In this document: positions 41,604-53,000 of the stretch, piece by piece
Layout: every line of letters starts with the position of its first letter
Position numbering within the stretch: position 1 is the stretch's first letter
Origin: Cyanophora paradoxa CCMP329
Lineage: Eukaryota; Plantae; Glaucophyta
Length of the DNA stretch: 64,000 bases
Direction of reading: 5' to 3'
NCBI GenBank assembly: GCA_004431415.1
Contig: QPMI01000439.1
Location: 1-64,000, forward strand
Made by a program: the position numbers and the translations under genes
The notes under the pieces: generated by a model
The model's database searches: none
The model's input: only the letters and a program-made list of their open reading frames with translations
What the model was told of the DNA's origin: nothing

Positions 41604-42469
41604 ATGGGGCGCTTCGTGATCGGCCTGGATGGATCGCCGGAGAGTATGGCGGCGCTGCAGTTCGCGCGGGAGAAGCTGCTGCGCCCCGGCGACGACCTTG
41701 TCCTCGCGCGATGCGGTGCGCCTCGAACTCCGTGTGCCCGTGCGCCGTCTCTGATGCAAGTGCGCAGTCCAGAACCCGTCCGAAATCAAATATCGATCCG
41801 CGCGCCCTGCGCCCGCGTTGCTCATGCCGCGCTCGCTCTCGCTGCCCGCGCGCCGCTGCCCTTGACCGCCCGCTTTTCTGACACGGCGTACATCATGAAC
41901 TTGGTAACGAGCTCCGCGGCGCTACCGTTGGCTTTCTTGACTGGCGTCCGTGATGCAGCCCTCGTACGACCCGCACATCGTGGAGCACTTGAAGAAGCTG
42001 GCGCGGGAGCACCTGGAGGACATCAGCATCCGCCTGACGCTCGAGAACGTGCGCATGCCGCCCGCTCTACTTGAGGCGCACAGCTCGAGACGCGCGCCAG
42101 ATTCCGCACTCGAAGGCGGTGCTGTCAGGCGACGCGAGGCACGAGCTGCCGAACCTCGCGCAGGAAGTCGACGCGGATGCCATCATCGTCGGCACGCGGG
42201 GACTCGGGCTCGCTTCCCGGTGCGCCTGTGCTTGGACCCCGACCAGCGGGGCCAGCGCGGGCGCTCACGCGACCGGCCTGTGATCGCGCAGCGCCTTCCT
42301 CGGCTCCGTCTCCTCCGATCTCGTGCACAACTCGCCCGTCTCCGTCCTCGTCGTCCCGTTGCGCGCCCCCCGCCCGCCAAACCGCGAGCCTGCGCTAATC
42401 CCCCGGCTGCCCAGGATGCGGCCCGGCGCGGAGGATTCGTCCCAGATCCCGGTGATAAACGTGGAGTAA
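41604..42469 (+). CDS. Universal stress protein A-like
   Basis: FVIGLDGSPESMAALQFA..PGDDLVL, GDARHEL, ADAIIVGTRGLG..FLGSVSSDLVHNSPVSVLVV. Confidence 0.92.
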
Positions 42470-42712
42470 AGCGATGGTTCAACGAAACTGCATTGGAATT
42501 CTTACACGCACATGAAATCAATTTTCTACATAAAAGCTACGTAACCTGCCTGAAACAGTACTGTACATTTGTTAAATAAAGTAAGGACATGCATCATCAT
42601 CATGCATCAACGATATCATAGCTGCTGCTGGCCTGCAGGCTTTAGAAAGCAAAATTGAAGAGCTCAGGGATCGGCCGGAGAGAAAAGCCTCCAGCAAACG
42701 GTCGGCACAGTC

Positions 42713-43618
42713 TCAGTGGCCGTCAAAGGAGACGAGAGAGAAGACGGGGCGGGCGCCGAGGCGGGCCCGGCCGCCGAGGTCTGGAAGCTCGACCACGAAA
42801 GCGCACTCGACGACAACGCCGCCGAGCTGCTCAACTGCAGGGAGCGCGTCAGCGTTATCGCTTAGAAGCAAGCGCGCGCTAGATGCGGCGCACCCAGCTT
42901 CGCGCCGGCCTCCATCGTGCCGCCGGTGGCAATGAGGTCGTCGAAGAGCACGAGCCGCTGGCCCTTGTGCACGGCGTCCTCGTGCATCTCGATCACGTCC
43001 GTCCCGTACTCGAGCGCGTATTCCATCCGAACTTTCTTTCCTGCAGAGGGAATGAGACGCGCACTGGCGAAGAAACGAGGAGCAGCGCGGACCTGGCAGC
43101 TTGCCCTTCTTGCGGATGAGCACGAAGGGCACCTTCAGGGCGAGCGCGAGAGGGGCGCCGAAGATGAAACCGCGGCTCTCAATGCCTACGCGGGCGGGCG
43201 TGTGAGACGGGACCGGCAGGGACGTGGTGATCGCGCGGGAGGGGGAAATTGTGTTCCTAAGACGTCCGTTTCCGCAGCGCCGCGAGCGGCGTCAGATATA
43301 TGCTTGTCTACGGTGTTTGACTCATCATCGGAGCACTCTAGGCGCAGAGCGGGCCACCAGACGATCGCACCGGCGACGGCATCGACGCCCATCGAGCGGT
43401 AACGCTCAGCGAGCAAATCGATCGACTTCTGGAACGCCGCGGGGTTCATGATGAGCGTCGTGACATCGCGGAACAGGATGCCTGCAGAGCGCGACCGATC
43501 AGCACGACCGATCGCGAGCCCCACGCGTCCGGCGAGCGAGAAGCGGCGCACCCGGCTTGGGGAAGTCGGGGATGGCGCGGATGGCGTTCTTGATGAGCTC
43601 CTTGTCCGCCGACGCCAT
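42713..43618 (-). CDS. APRT: Adenine phosphoribosyltransferase
   Basis: [10 protein letters not shown]|[13 protein letters not shown]|[34 protein letters not shown] (PRPP-binding motif). Confidence 0.97.
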
Positions 43619-43881
43619 CTTTATGTGCGGTACCCGGAGCCCACCCTCCCTCCCCCTCGCGCTTTTTTTCCTCCAACCTTCTGACTTCGGAGTCGCCCCG
43701 CACGCACGCGCGGAGACCGGCAGCAGAGTTCGCGGCGCTTCGCACCGGCAGCAAAGCAGCACCTCGCCCGCAGTAACTGCGGCCGCCGCTTGACGCCCCG
43801 ACTCTCCGAGCCAGCGCGAACCGCGCGGGGCAGGCTCGCTCGACAGCGGAAGAGAAGGTCCGGGGCAACCTGATCTCAGCG

Positions 43882-45378
43882 ATGGTGCGAGAGCCCGCCC
43901 GGCCGCGCCCGCCGGCCCTCGCAAGCCCGCTCCCTGCGCGCGCCCTTCTGGGCCGCAAGCTTCTTGACTGCCCCCCCGCCGCGCAGGCTTCCCGGCGTTC
44001 CGCGGCCTCCGTGGGCTTTGTTCTCATCGGGCTTGTGCTTCTCTGCTCGGCTCCCAGCGCGAATGCGATCGAGCAGTTCCTGAACCGCCTCCGGTGAGCG
44101 AGCGAGCGGGCGGCCCGGCTATCCTACGAGCCGCGCCGCCAAGACGCTCCTCAATCTAAACGAATCGATGCCGCGTGCAGCGGCGCGATGGTCCCGCCCA
44201 CGACCGTCGACGAGCTCGACCTGAGCAAGTACGAGGGGTCCGCGTCCCATCCTTCTGCGCCACGCGCTAAAGCTTGCTGCCGCTCTAAAACTTGATTCCC
44301 ATCAGGCGCTGGTACGAAATCGCCTCGAGTGTGGCTGTCAAGGTGCGATGAGCTCCGAGGCTCTCCTGCGCGAGATTTGATCCGCGGGGTCGCTCACCCG
44401 GCCGCTCCCTTCCTGCCCGCAGGCGACCTTCCAGATCGGTGCGCAGCAGCTCGCGCTCGCCCCGGGCGCCTTGTGCCTCCCCGCGGTCCGACCGTGCCCG
44501 GCGGTCGACGTCGCTCGCCCCGCGCGCAGGCTGCAAGTGTGTCACGGCGACGTACCAGTACTTCCCCCAGAACCAGACCATCGGCGTGCTGAACCGCTGC
44601 GTCCTTCCCTTCGGCTCTCTCATCTACGCCATTCCCGGAGTCGCCCGCGTCGTCAGTGCGTGTGCTCGAATCCGCCGGGCGGCATATCATCCATCCATCT
44701 CGCATTCGAATCGAATTTGATCCCCGCGCGCGCCCGCCCACCCGCCCGCCTGTTCGCAGACGCGACCCAGGCGCCCGGGAAGCTGGAGGTTCGCCTCTTC
44801 TCCCGCTTCTCGCCGCAGACGGGCTCCAAGTACTGGGTCAACTGGCTCGGCCCCGAGATCGAGGGGTACGACGGCAAGATGTACTACTCGGCTGCCGTCG
44901 TCACGGACGAGCGCCGCCTCTTCGTCTGGATCCTCTCCCGCTTCTCCACGGTCCGAAAAAAACAAAAAATTTCGCCTCTCCGGAACCCCCTTATGACGCC
45001 GTACCCCCCCGACGCGCTCAGATGAGCGACGAGGTGTACGAGGCGATCCTCGCGGAGCTCTCGAACCGCGGCTTCTTCCCCTCCCTCCTGCCTCGTTCCC
45101 GCCAGGCGAGCAACCCCCCCCTCTCCCTTCCCCCTCCCCCGCCCTCTCCACTCCATGTCTGAGCCTGTATCCCCCTCCCCCGGCAGGACCCGGCGTGCGA
45201 CTACGACTCGATTCCGCCGGCGATGAACGCGATGTTCCCGGTACCCTCCCCCACTCACGTCATACTTTCTAGGGCTTACAATTACTATACCCCATCTCAG
45301 AACCTCCGTGGCGACCCCGGCTTCACGATCCCGTCTCTTGACGAGCTCCTTGGGAGCCTCTTCAGCACTGGCCCGTAA
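43882..45378 (+). CDS. Secreted lipocalin (ApoD/Blc-like)
   Basis: ATG is probably followed immediately by an intron, then a signal peptide (VGFVLIGLVLLCSAPSANA). LDLSKYEG|RWYEIA (SCR1), CVTATY, PGKLEV, YWV, VWILSR (SCR3). Confidence 0.88.
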
Positions 45379-45912
45379 ACGGGCCAAGAAGAAAATTTCG
45401 CTAGTAGCGAGTTAGGCGGGGGCCGCCGCCCGCGGCCGGCCGTCCCCCTGCTAGGGGGACCCCCGGCCTGGATATCGATGTCCTTAGGCCTAGGTTTCTC
45501 TTTTATCTTCCGCCGAACGAACTGGGAGCGCGGGCAGCTCTCCCTTCTTCAGCAGATGTGCAACGGTTAGCGATAGTTTTTCAATCCTTTGTGGCCCTGC
45601 ACGTGCTTAGATTATAATTGAGATTATGTCCAACGCTCTCTCGAAGCACTCTTGTTGCAGTTAAGATTACCGTACTAGCTGCGCATGCGCATGCATCAGT
45701 TCAGATTACCCTGCACGGCCATTTTCAGATGCTGGGGCCGCCGCCCGGGGGCCGCGAGGGCGGCATGCGCAAGATCCGGAGCCGTCTATAAATTAGATTA
45801 TAATTGTGATTGTGTCCAGCGCTCATTCGAATCACTCCCCTCGCGGTTCGGATTACCGTGGTACGAGCTGCACATGCATGTGCTCTGTGTAATTTTCGTC
45901 TCGTGTAATTTT

Positions 45913-46101
45913 CCTTCAAAAAATGCGGAATGCACACATGTGCTCGTCCTGCACATGCATCCCTTCAAAAAATGCTTCGAGCACATGTATGCATTCCGCA
46001 TTTTTTGAAGGGATGCATGTGCGTTTTTTGAAGGGATGCATTCCGTTTTTTTTATGATGCATGCAGGGATGCATTTGAAGGGATCCCTTCAAAAAATGCT
46101 T
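45913..46101. repeat. Nested inverted/direct repeat island built from CCCTTCAAAAAA / TTTTTTGAAGGG units
   Basis: 34-bp arms at 45913-45946 and 45978-46011 with one mismatch. About 6 unit copies in both orientations. Confidence 0.9.
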
Positions 46102-47011
46102 CATCATCACTTTCCGATGATCCGGGACCCGAATTCGAAATTAAAGCCGGGACCGTCGGACCGCCGGCGCCGGGCGCCGGCCGGCCGCGGGCGCCGCCGC
46201 GGCTAGCTAGCGCTATCGGCCGCCGCGGCCCGCCGGCGATCCTGGAAATATCATGATCATATGCCAAGAAGATGAGTCTTCGAATTCGTAGCCAGCTAGC
46301 GCTGACTGTGGATTAAAAAAGTAGTGGGGGTAGAGCAACTTTCGGCTTGGCCAATGGAAAGAGCCTGTTACCTGACCTACCGGGGTACGCGCGCAAATTG
46401 ATTAGGGCAACTTCGGGCCGAGCGCCGACGCCCGGCGGCCGCCGAGTCATCAGACTCGCGCATGCGCATCAGACTGCGGCGCAGCCCGACCCGCGCGCGC
46501 AGCCTTGCACTGCGGCAGCTGCAGGCTGCGAGCAACGGGAGCGAGGCAAGCGCAAGGCGCGCGCGCCGCAACTTTGGCCCGCAAGCCTTCAGCCGCGCGC
46601 GCGTTCGCCGCCGGCTAGCGCTGCGGAATTCGAAACTCATCGAACCTTCCATTGCAAGCTTCATTATATAAGTGGCGCCCGGCTCCAGCAGGGCTCCGCG
46701 CGCAAGCTGCAGCTGTGCCAGCGCCGCGCACGACGCTATAGCTAGAAGCTGCAGCTGCAGAATTCGAAGCCGCCCCCTCCCGCGGCGTCCCGCGCGCGTC
46801 AGCTGCCAGCTGCAGCCGCCCGCGACGTCGACCCCGCGAAGTCTAGGTCTTCATTTCAGAGTAATAGTGCAGGACGCCGACCGTCGGACCGTCGGACTAC
46901 GGGCGACGACACAGCGACGTCCGACGGTCGGCGCGCATGCGCAGCAGCTGCATCCAGCAGTTGCGTGCTTCTCACGCACACATTCGAATTCGTGCTCCTC
47001 GTACGGCGGCC

Positions 47012-50000
47012 ATGGCCCCGGCCGCGGCTCCGTGGCCACAGCCTCCACGTCCGCTGCCGGCCGCAGCTGCAGCTGCTGGCCGTGCGTGGCACCGGCGGCC
47101 GGCGCTGCGCGCGGTCTTTGCGGTCCTCGTCGCTGCGTTACTGGCTTCGGGTGCGAATCAACGGGCAACCTTCAGCGGCGCCTCTCAATGCTAGGGCTCC
47201 TGCCGGGCCGGGGCCTCGCCGGGGTCGCGACTTAACTTCGAGTTCGAGTTCTCGATCCTAGACTCTAAACCTACTAGGCTATAGCTAACGCGCCTTCGGC
47301 GTTGGTTTGCAATTGCGCCCCTAGCCTCTGACTCTTTCGAGTCCGGATCCGCTGACTCAATGACCTTGAATCTCGCAGATGTAGGAAGAGCGATGGGTTC
47401 GTCCGCTCTCCGCCCTTGCCTCCCCTCAAGCTCCCCGGGCCCCCTCCTTCCCATACCCCGCTACTCCGCGATCGGTTCTCCGTCTAGATCTCCATCCCAA
47501 AAATCTCAACCATCTCCCCCCCCCCCCCCCAACCGCCGCCGCCGATTATCCCCCCCCCTCCCGCCTCTCTTTCGCGCCGCCCCCCTCTCTCCCTCTTACC
47601 CCCCCCCCCCCCCCTAACCCACCCACCCCCGGATTCCCCAGTGTTATAATTATCGGCTGAGCCTCGAAGCAGGCTTGACCGTGAACACCGATCCGCCCGC
47701 CGGGATCGCGAGGCTCGTGTCCCCTGCAGACCCCGCCTCGGCATACATCAGCGCGTCTTTGGGCATGAATTCGAATTCAAATTACGAATTCGAAGCGACA
47801 AGAGTGACTCAAGGCGGAGTGCTCAACTTCACGTACACTTCGGCGTCCGCATCCGTCCCGAATGCAGTCGTCTCAGTCAGCCTGGGGATTTACGTGGGGG
47901 ACTTCGCAAGGCCCAAAAAAGTTGTGGTGCGCGCGAAATACTGTGTCCCGGATCCGTTTCACTGCTTGATTGTTGTTTGCTCATGTACGTATACACAATT
48001 CCGGCTACATGCATATGTACATAAAATACCTTCTTCTAGGCTACGTCAATAATATTTGTATAAATTAATACTGCGGTCGAATACGAACGCAAACAATCCT
48101 CCAAAACCTAATTATAATTTCCGAAGTTCCCTCCAAAACCTCTTATGAGACCCAGGATCCCGGCCCGGCGGAACGCTAATATATCAATTATGATTCTTTT
48201 CCGCAGATTCCGTCGCAGCCCGTTTATGCAACTGGCGGATCGTTTCTGATCAACGTTCCGAGCGCTGCTGATACAGAAGTTGATTGGACCGTTTGCACGA
48301 CACCTTGCTTTCTAAACGTCCACATAACAGACCCGGCGGACGGGAGCACGGCGGATCGAAGCCTCCAAACGATGGTCTTGCACGAGACTTGCTTCTTTCC
48401 GACCCCCGGCTCGTGCGAGTGGCCCAGCAGCCTTGCTGTAGACGCCTTCACCACGTTCTCTTGCATCGAGCTGCCGCCGTCCTTCCGCTACGTACTGGGC
48501 TATGCTCAGCCGGACGCCTTCGGCGCATTCGCAAGCCCATGTAACCTGCAGAAACCCCAAGTGGCAAGCAGGGTCGAGCTGGTCGATCGGGACGGAGCGT
48601 TTCTGGCGAACCTGTACTATTACCTCGACGCGTCCGGGCACTCCAGCGCCTACTCAAAGCCTTATGCACAAAGTCGCAACTACACAGGCTTCTCCATTTT
48701 TATAGTGCCTGAGCTCTTTGTTCAGTACGGCGGTCGCGGACCGTTTGGCCTGCGCTTCGTCGACGACAGCGTCAACTCTTCTGATTTCACTCTGAGCAGC
48801 CCGCGCACTCTTCCTTTATCGTATTCGAAGGCCGCTGCCGGTTTGCAATATTGATTGTCCTCATGACTTTTCGCTCTCGTGACGGTACGGTCGGTACCCG
48901 GTTCCGGTTGTCAGGCGATGAGGGGGCGTGGTGCTCCTGGGATAGCTTGACGAAGAACAACCTTACGTACATGACGACCGTCCAGATCGACTGCTTCAAC
49001 ATTTCTGGCTCAATGGCTGCAGGCCTTGCAAACGCGATCAATATCGTATCTTACGTCAGCCCGGTTTCTTTCAAGCTGCTGCTTCTGGATTCTGCCTTCG
49101 ACGCTTACAGCTCGAGGATATCGATTCCCATCCTCAAATCCTTCGTCTCAACAGCAGCGGGCGCGACAAACGTCTCGTTCTTGGTGCCTATGGGAGATGG
49201 ATTTCCGGGTTCAAGCGCGACCAACCCTTTGCGCTTCTCGGCGCACGTGTCACACGCGCCCTTGCGTTTCGTGCTGCTTGCAACCCAGAAGACTTGGGAC
49301 GCCTATTCGATCGGATCTAGAGGGATAATAAATGCCATCGGCCGAGTAACGAGTCCGGAATTCTCACAACTGTCCATCGCTGATTATAACTTCGCCGATA
49401 TAAAGACGCAAGGTGCATTTAGCGGATTGGAGTTTTGTTTCCTTTGATGAAACCTTGCAGGCTCCCCTGCTGCTTGCTACGTTTCCGATCCTGCTGACTG
49501 GAGCGCGCCTCGGTTCTTTGTCAACTCCGTCGCAACGCTGCAGTGCTGGTAAGAAGAATTCGAAGATGCGCCTGCGCATGCACTGTCATCGCGAAAATCT
49601 AGAAGCTCTAGAACGCGATCTGTTAGCGCTGTCGACGTCATGCATTGCGTGCGCTCACGCGTTTCATTAGGAACGACTACGACAACAGCCTGTACTTCCT
49701 TACAGATTCAGCGGGGCACACTGTTTCGATATTCTCTTCCCGCACAACAACAATGATGGGCGCTGACTACAGTCAGCTTCGATTCATCTCTGTGTCTGTC
49801 CCGCTCGATTGGTGGCAACAGCACGCAGCCGATGCCCCTTTCCGCCTTCTTACGAGCAATGCATACGGCAATTGGACTTCCGACCCTTTTCCTATCGTCT
49901 GTGCGCTCGAATTCCTGTAATGTCATTCAATTGTTCTTAATGAAACGTTATCTTGTGTCTCTAATTTCGTTTTTTAAAATTGTAAACACAGACTATTCGG

Positions 50001-53000
50001 CGCCGCCCAGCTGCGTGTTCCCCTCGGGTGTCGTCGGCAACGCATCGTTCGAGATTCGCTGCACCGGCGTGCGGAGCCATCTCGCCTTGTACTACACCAA
50101 ACTGCAGAGCAACAGCACACCGGCCTTCTCCCTCGCCCAGTCATCTATTCCCAGCTCCTATTCTGGATCCGGAGCTGCTGCAAACACGACCCGCTTGAGG
50201 TGCAATCCTTCCGGCATTTCCGATCCGTACATATTTACGTGCGGCGCGAGCACCGCCACATCCATTGCGAGTTTCACGACGTCAACGTACGCGTACCCGA
50301 ACGTATATACGAGCATGCCCAAAAGGCGGCTCCTCCAGACGGGCACGGTCGGAAACGGCTTCTTTTCGGTCTTCCCGTGGATCCCGAAGCGGACTTCGGG
50401 CCTCAACGATGCCGGCGAATTGTCCTTCGGGTCTGCATCGACGCTTGGCGCCGACATCGACAACGTGCTCGTTGTCCAGCAGGCAACAAGCGAGCCGACC
50501 CTCGTCACAGGTCAGACTTAACAATTCCAAAATTCACTGCAGCTGCAGCTGCGTCCCCTAGCTATAGAGGTCTGCAGATTTTGACCAGAGTGCCGCATAC
50601 ACAGGAACCGAAACGGGAACGGGAACCGGGACCGGCACCGGGACAGGCCCCGGTACAGGCACAGGCACCGGCACCGGCGCTGGAACCGACACGGGCACTG
50701 GAACCGGCACAGGCACTGGAACCGGAACTGGCACCGGAACTGGCACAGGCACAACCACCCCCGCCACGACGGTCGGCGCTGCCACTGTGGGGACTGTCAG
50801 CGCGGACGGGCTGCAGGCGGTGCTGCAGGCGCCGACGGCTGTGGCGCTCCCGTCTTCTGGCTTCCAACTCAGCGGAGCCGGCAGCACCGACACCCTGAAT
50901 CGGAACTTCTCCTGCTCCTTCCGCATCGTCAGGACATCGCGGGTCGGCATTAATATAGTTTTCATGCGCTTCAATTTCGAAGCGCAATTGCGATTGCGTT
51001 AACGTTTCCGAGCAGAAATACGCGAGCGGGGTCGAGGTGGCGGGCAAGGAGCAGGGGCCCTGCCTCGTTTCCGTGCCCTCGCCGCGGATCGGCGCGTACG
51101 CCGTGACGCTGACCGTGAGCGCCGCCGACGGGGCGGGGGCGGGGGGCGTGAGCAAGTCGGAGGCGACTGCGACCGTCCGCGTCGCCCGGCAGAACGGTGC
51201 AGAATTTATATTATATAATGCCGGCGGTTTAATATATTTAGTCCTTTTTTATAATGATCCTTTTGAAATTTAATTATATAAGGCCGGCGGTTTAATTTAT
51301 TTAGTCCTTTTTTATATATAATGATCCTTTCGTGGGCGCAGCGGTGGCAATCGAAATGCGCATCGACCGCGACTTCGGAAATTTCACGGCGACCTTCCCG
51401 AACCCTGAAGACCCCTCGCTGTGCGCGCGCCCTCAGCTTTGCTGTGCCATTAAGATTGATATCATTGTTCCTTGTACGTCCGACGATCTGGCAGGATCTC
51501 GACTCTCGCGCGGCTGGAGGGGGTCGACGCCTGGCAGGTGTTCGGCCTCTCCTTCGCGCGGGGCAGCGTCGTCATTCGCCACTTCCTCAACCCCGCAATG
51601 GACGAGGTGCGAGGACTCGCGTTTGACTCGTGGGCGCACGAGCATGCGCGCGCATTTAATTAATTTTGATGAACTTTGCAGAGCATGCCGGACACGCGGA
51701 CGAAGCTGTGGGGCCGGCAGGCGGCCGGGGTGTTCTCGGGCTACAGCGACGCCCTGGGCGCTTCCATCCTCTCTATGGCGAACGAAATCGTGACGGTCGA
51801 CGTTGAACTGGAAGGTGCTTATATATTTATATATATGTTGATTCGCTCGCGATCAGCTGCAGTGTGTAGAATTTCAGTCTCGTGCTTTATAATTACTTCT
51901 CACGCTTAAGCTTGTGCGTGCGCAGAAACGCCCGACATTCAGATCTACCCGTCGGCGAACCCCGTCGTCCGCGACCCGAACGCGACGACCACGCTCACCG
52001 CCTCGGGCAACGGCAAGCACTCGGCCATGATCTCCGGCTACTGGACGCAGTCGGAGGGGCCGTCCGCCGTGCTGCAGCCGGGCCAGCGGGCCGCCGGTCG
52101 CGTCCTGGTTCTTCCCGGTACACAAATTGCATGCGCATGCCATGGAAGAGCAAAGCTAATTACAAGGACTTGTCGCAGCTGGCCTTGCGGAAGGAGACTA
52201 CGAGTTCGTGTTCACGGCGACGAATTCGTTGAACGAAGAGGCCTCCGCGGAGACAAGGGTTCGCGTCTTCTACTCGGCCCCGACGGACGTCGCTGGCAGC
52301 GTAGTCGGCGCGTCCGTCGTCGTTGTCACGACCGCCACTGCCGCCGCCACGCTCTTGCTCCAGCGTCCGTTCGATTGCCGACGCCCCGGCCCTACGTCGA
52401 ACGAGACTGATGCAAATGCATCGCGCAGTGAATTTCCTGGGCATGGGAGGGCAGGAGGGGGTGGCAGCGCAGATGGTCGGCGGCGGGGGGCAGGGCGGCG
52501 GGCGGAAGATCAAAGAATCCGAGGACTTCATGGGCGATTCGAGCGGCGCTCCGAATCGCGCGGGCGTGTCGGGCTCGCCTGCTTCGCCTCTACCGGCCCC
52601 GGCCCCCGCTGTTCTGTTCCAGCCAACGGCCGAGGCCGCAGCTGCAGGGGCGACGTCGAGCGTCGCACCGTCTCCAGCTCCAGCGACGCTGGGATCGACG
52701 TCGACCGTCGGACAGGCGGCGCAGGCGCAGGCAGCGCACTCTGGTGCTGCATCGGCGCAGAGCATCGGCACCGGCGTTGTCGCTGCCGGAAGCGTCGGGA
52801 CCGGCGCCGGCGCGGCCGCGGGCGCGGCCGGTTCCGGCGGTACCGAGTTCGGCGTCGCGGTCCCCGTGGCAGACTTGGAGGGGGGCGACTCCGCCGCCGC
52901 GGCCGAGGGGAAGAGCCTCGTGCGGGGCGAGAAGGACGGTCTCGGGCTCCGCAGGAAGAGCCAGTTCGAGGACAGCGAAGGTGAGGCTTGCTGTCTGCAG

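Noticed and set aside
41870-41905. Possible USP micro-exon (AYIMNL) with a non-AG acceptor
   Set aside because: No AG is present upstream, and a single longer intron explains the region equally well.
45913-46101. CRISPR-like array
   Set aside because: The repeats are in mixed orientation without regular unique spacers, the context is eukaryotic and there are no cas genes.
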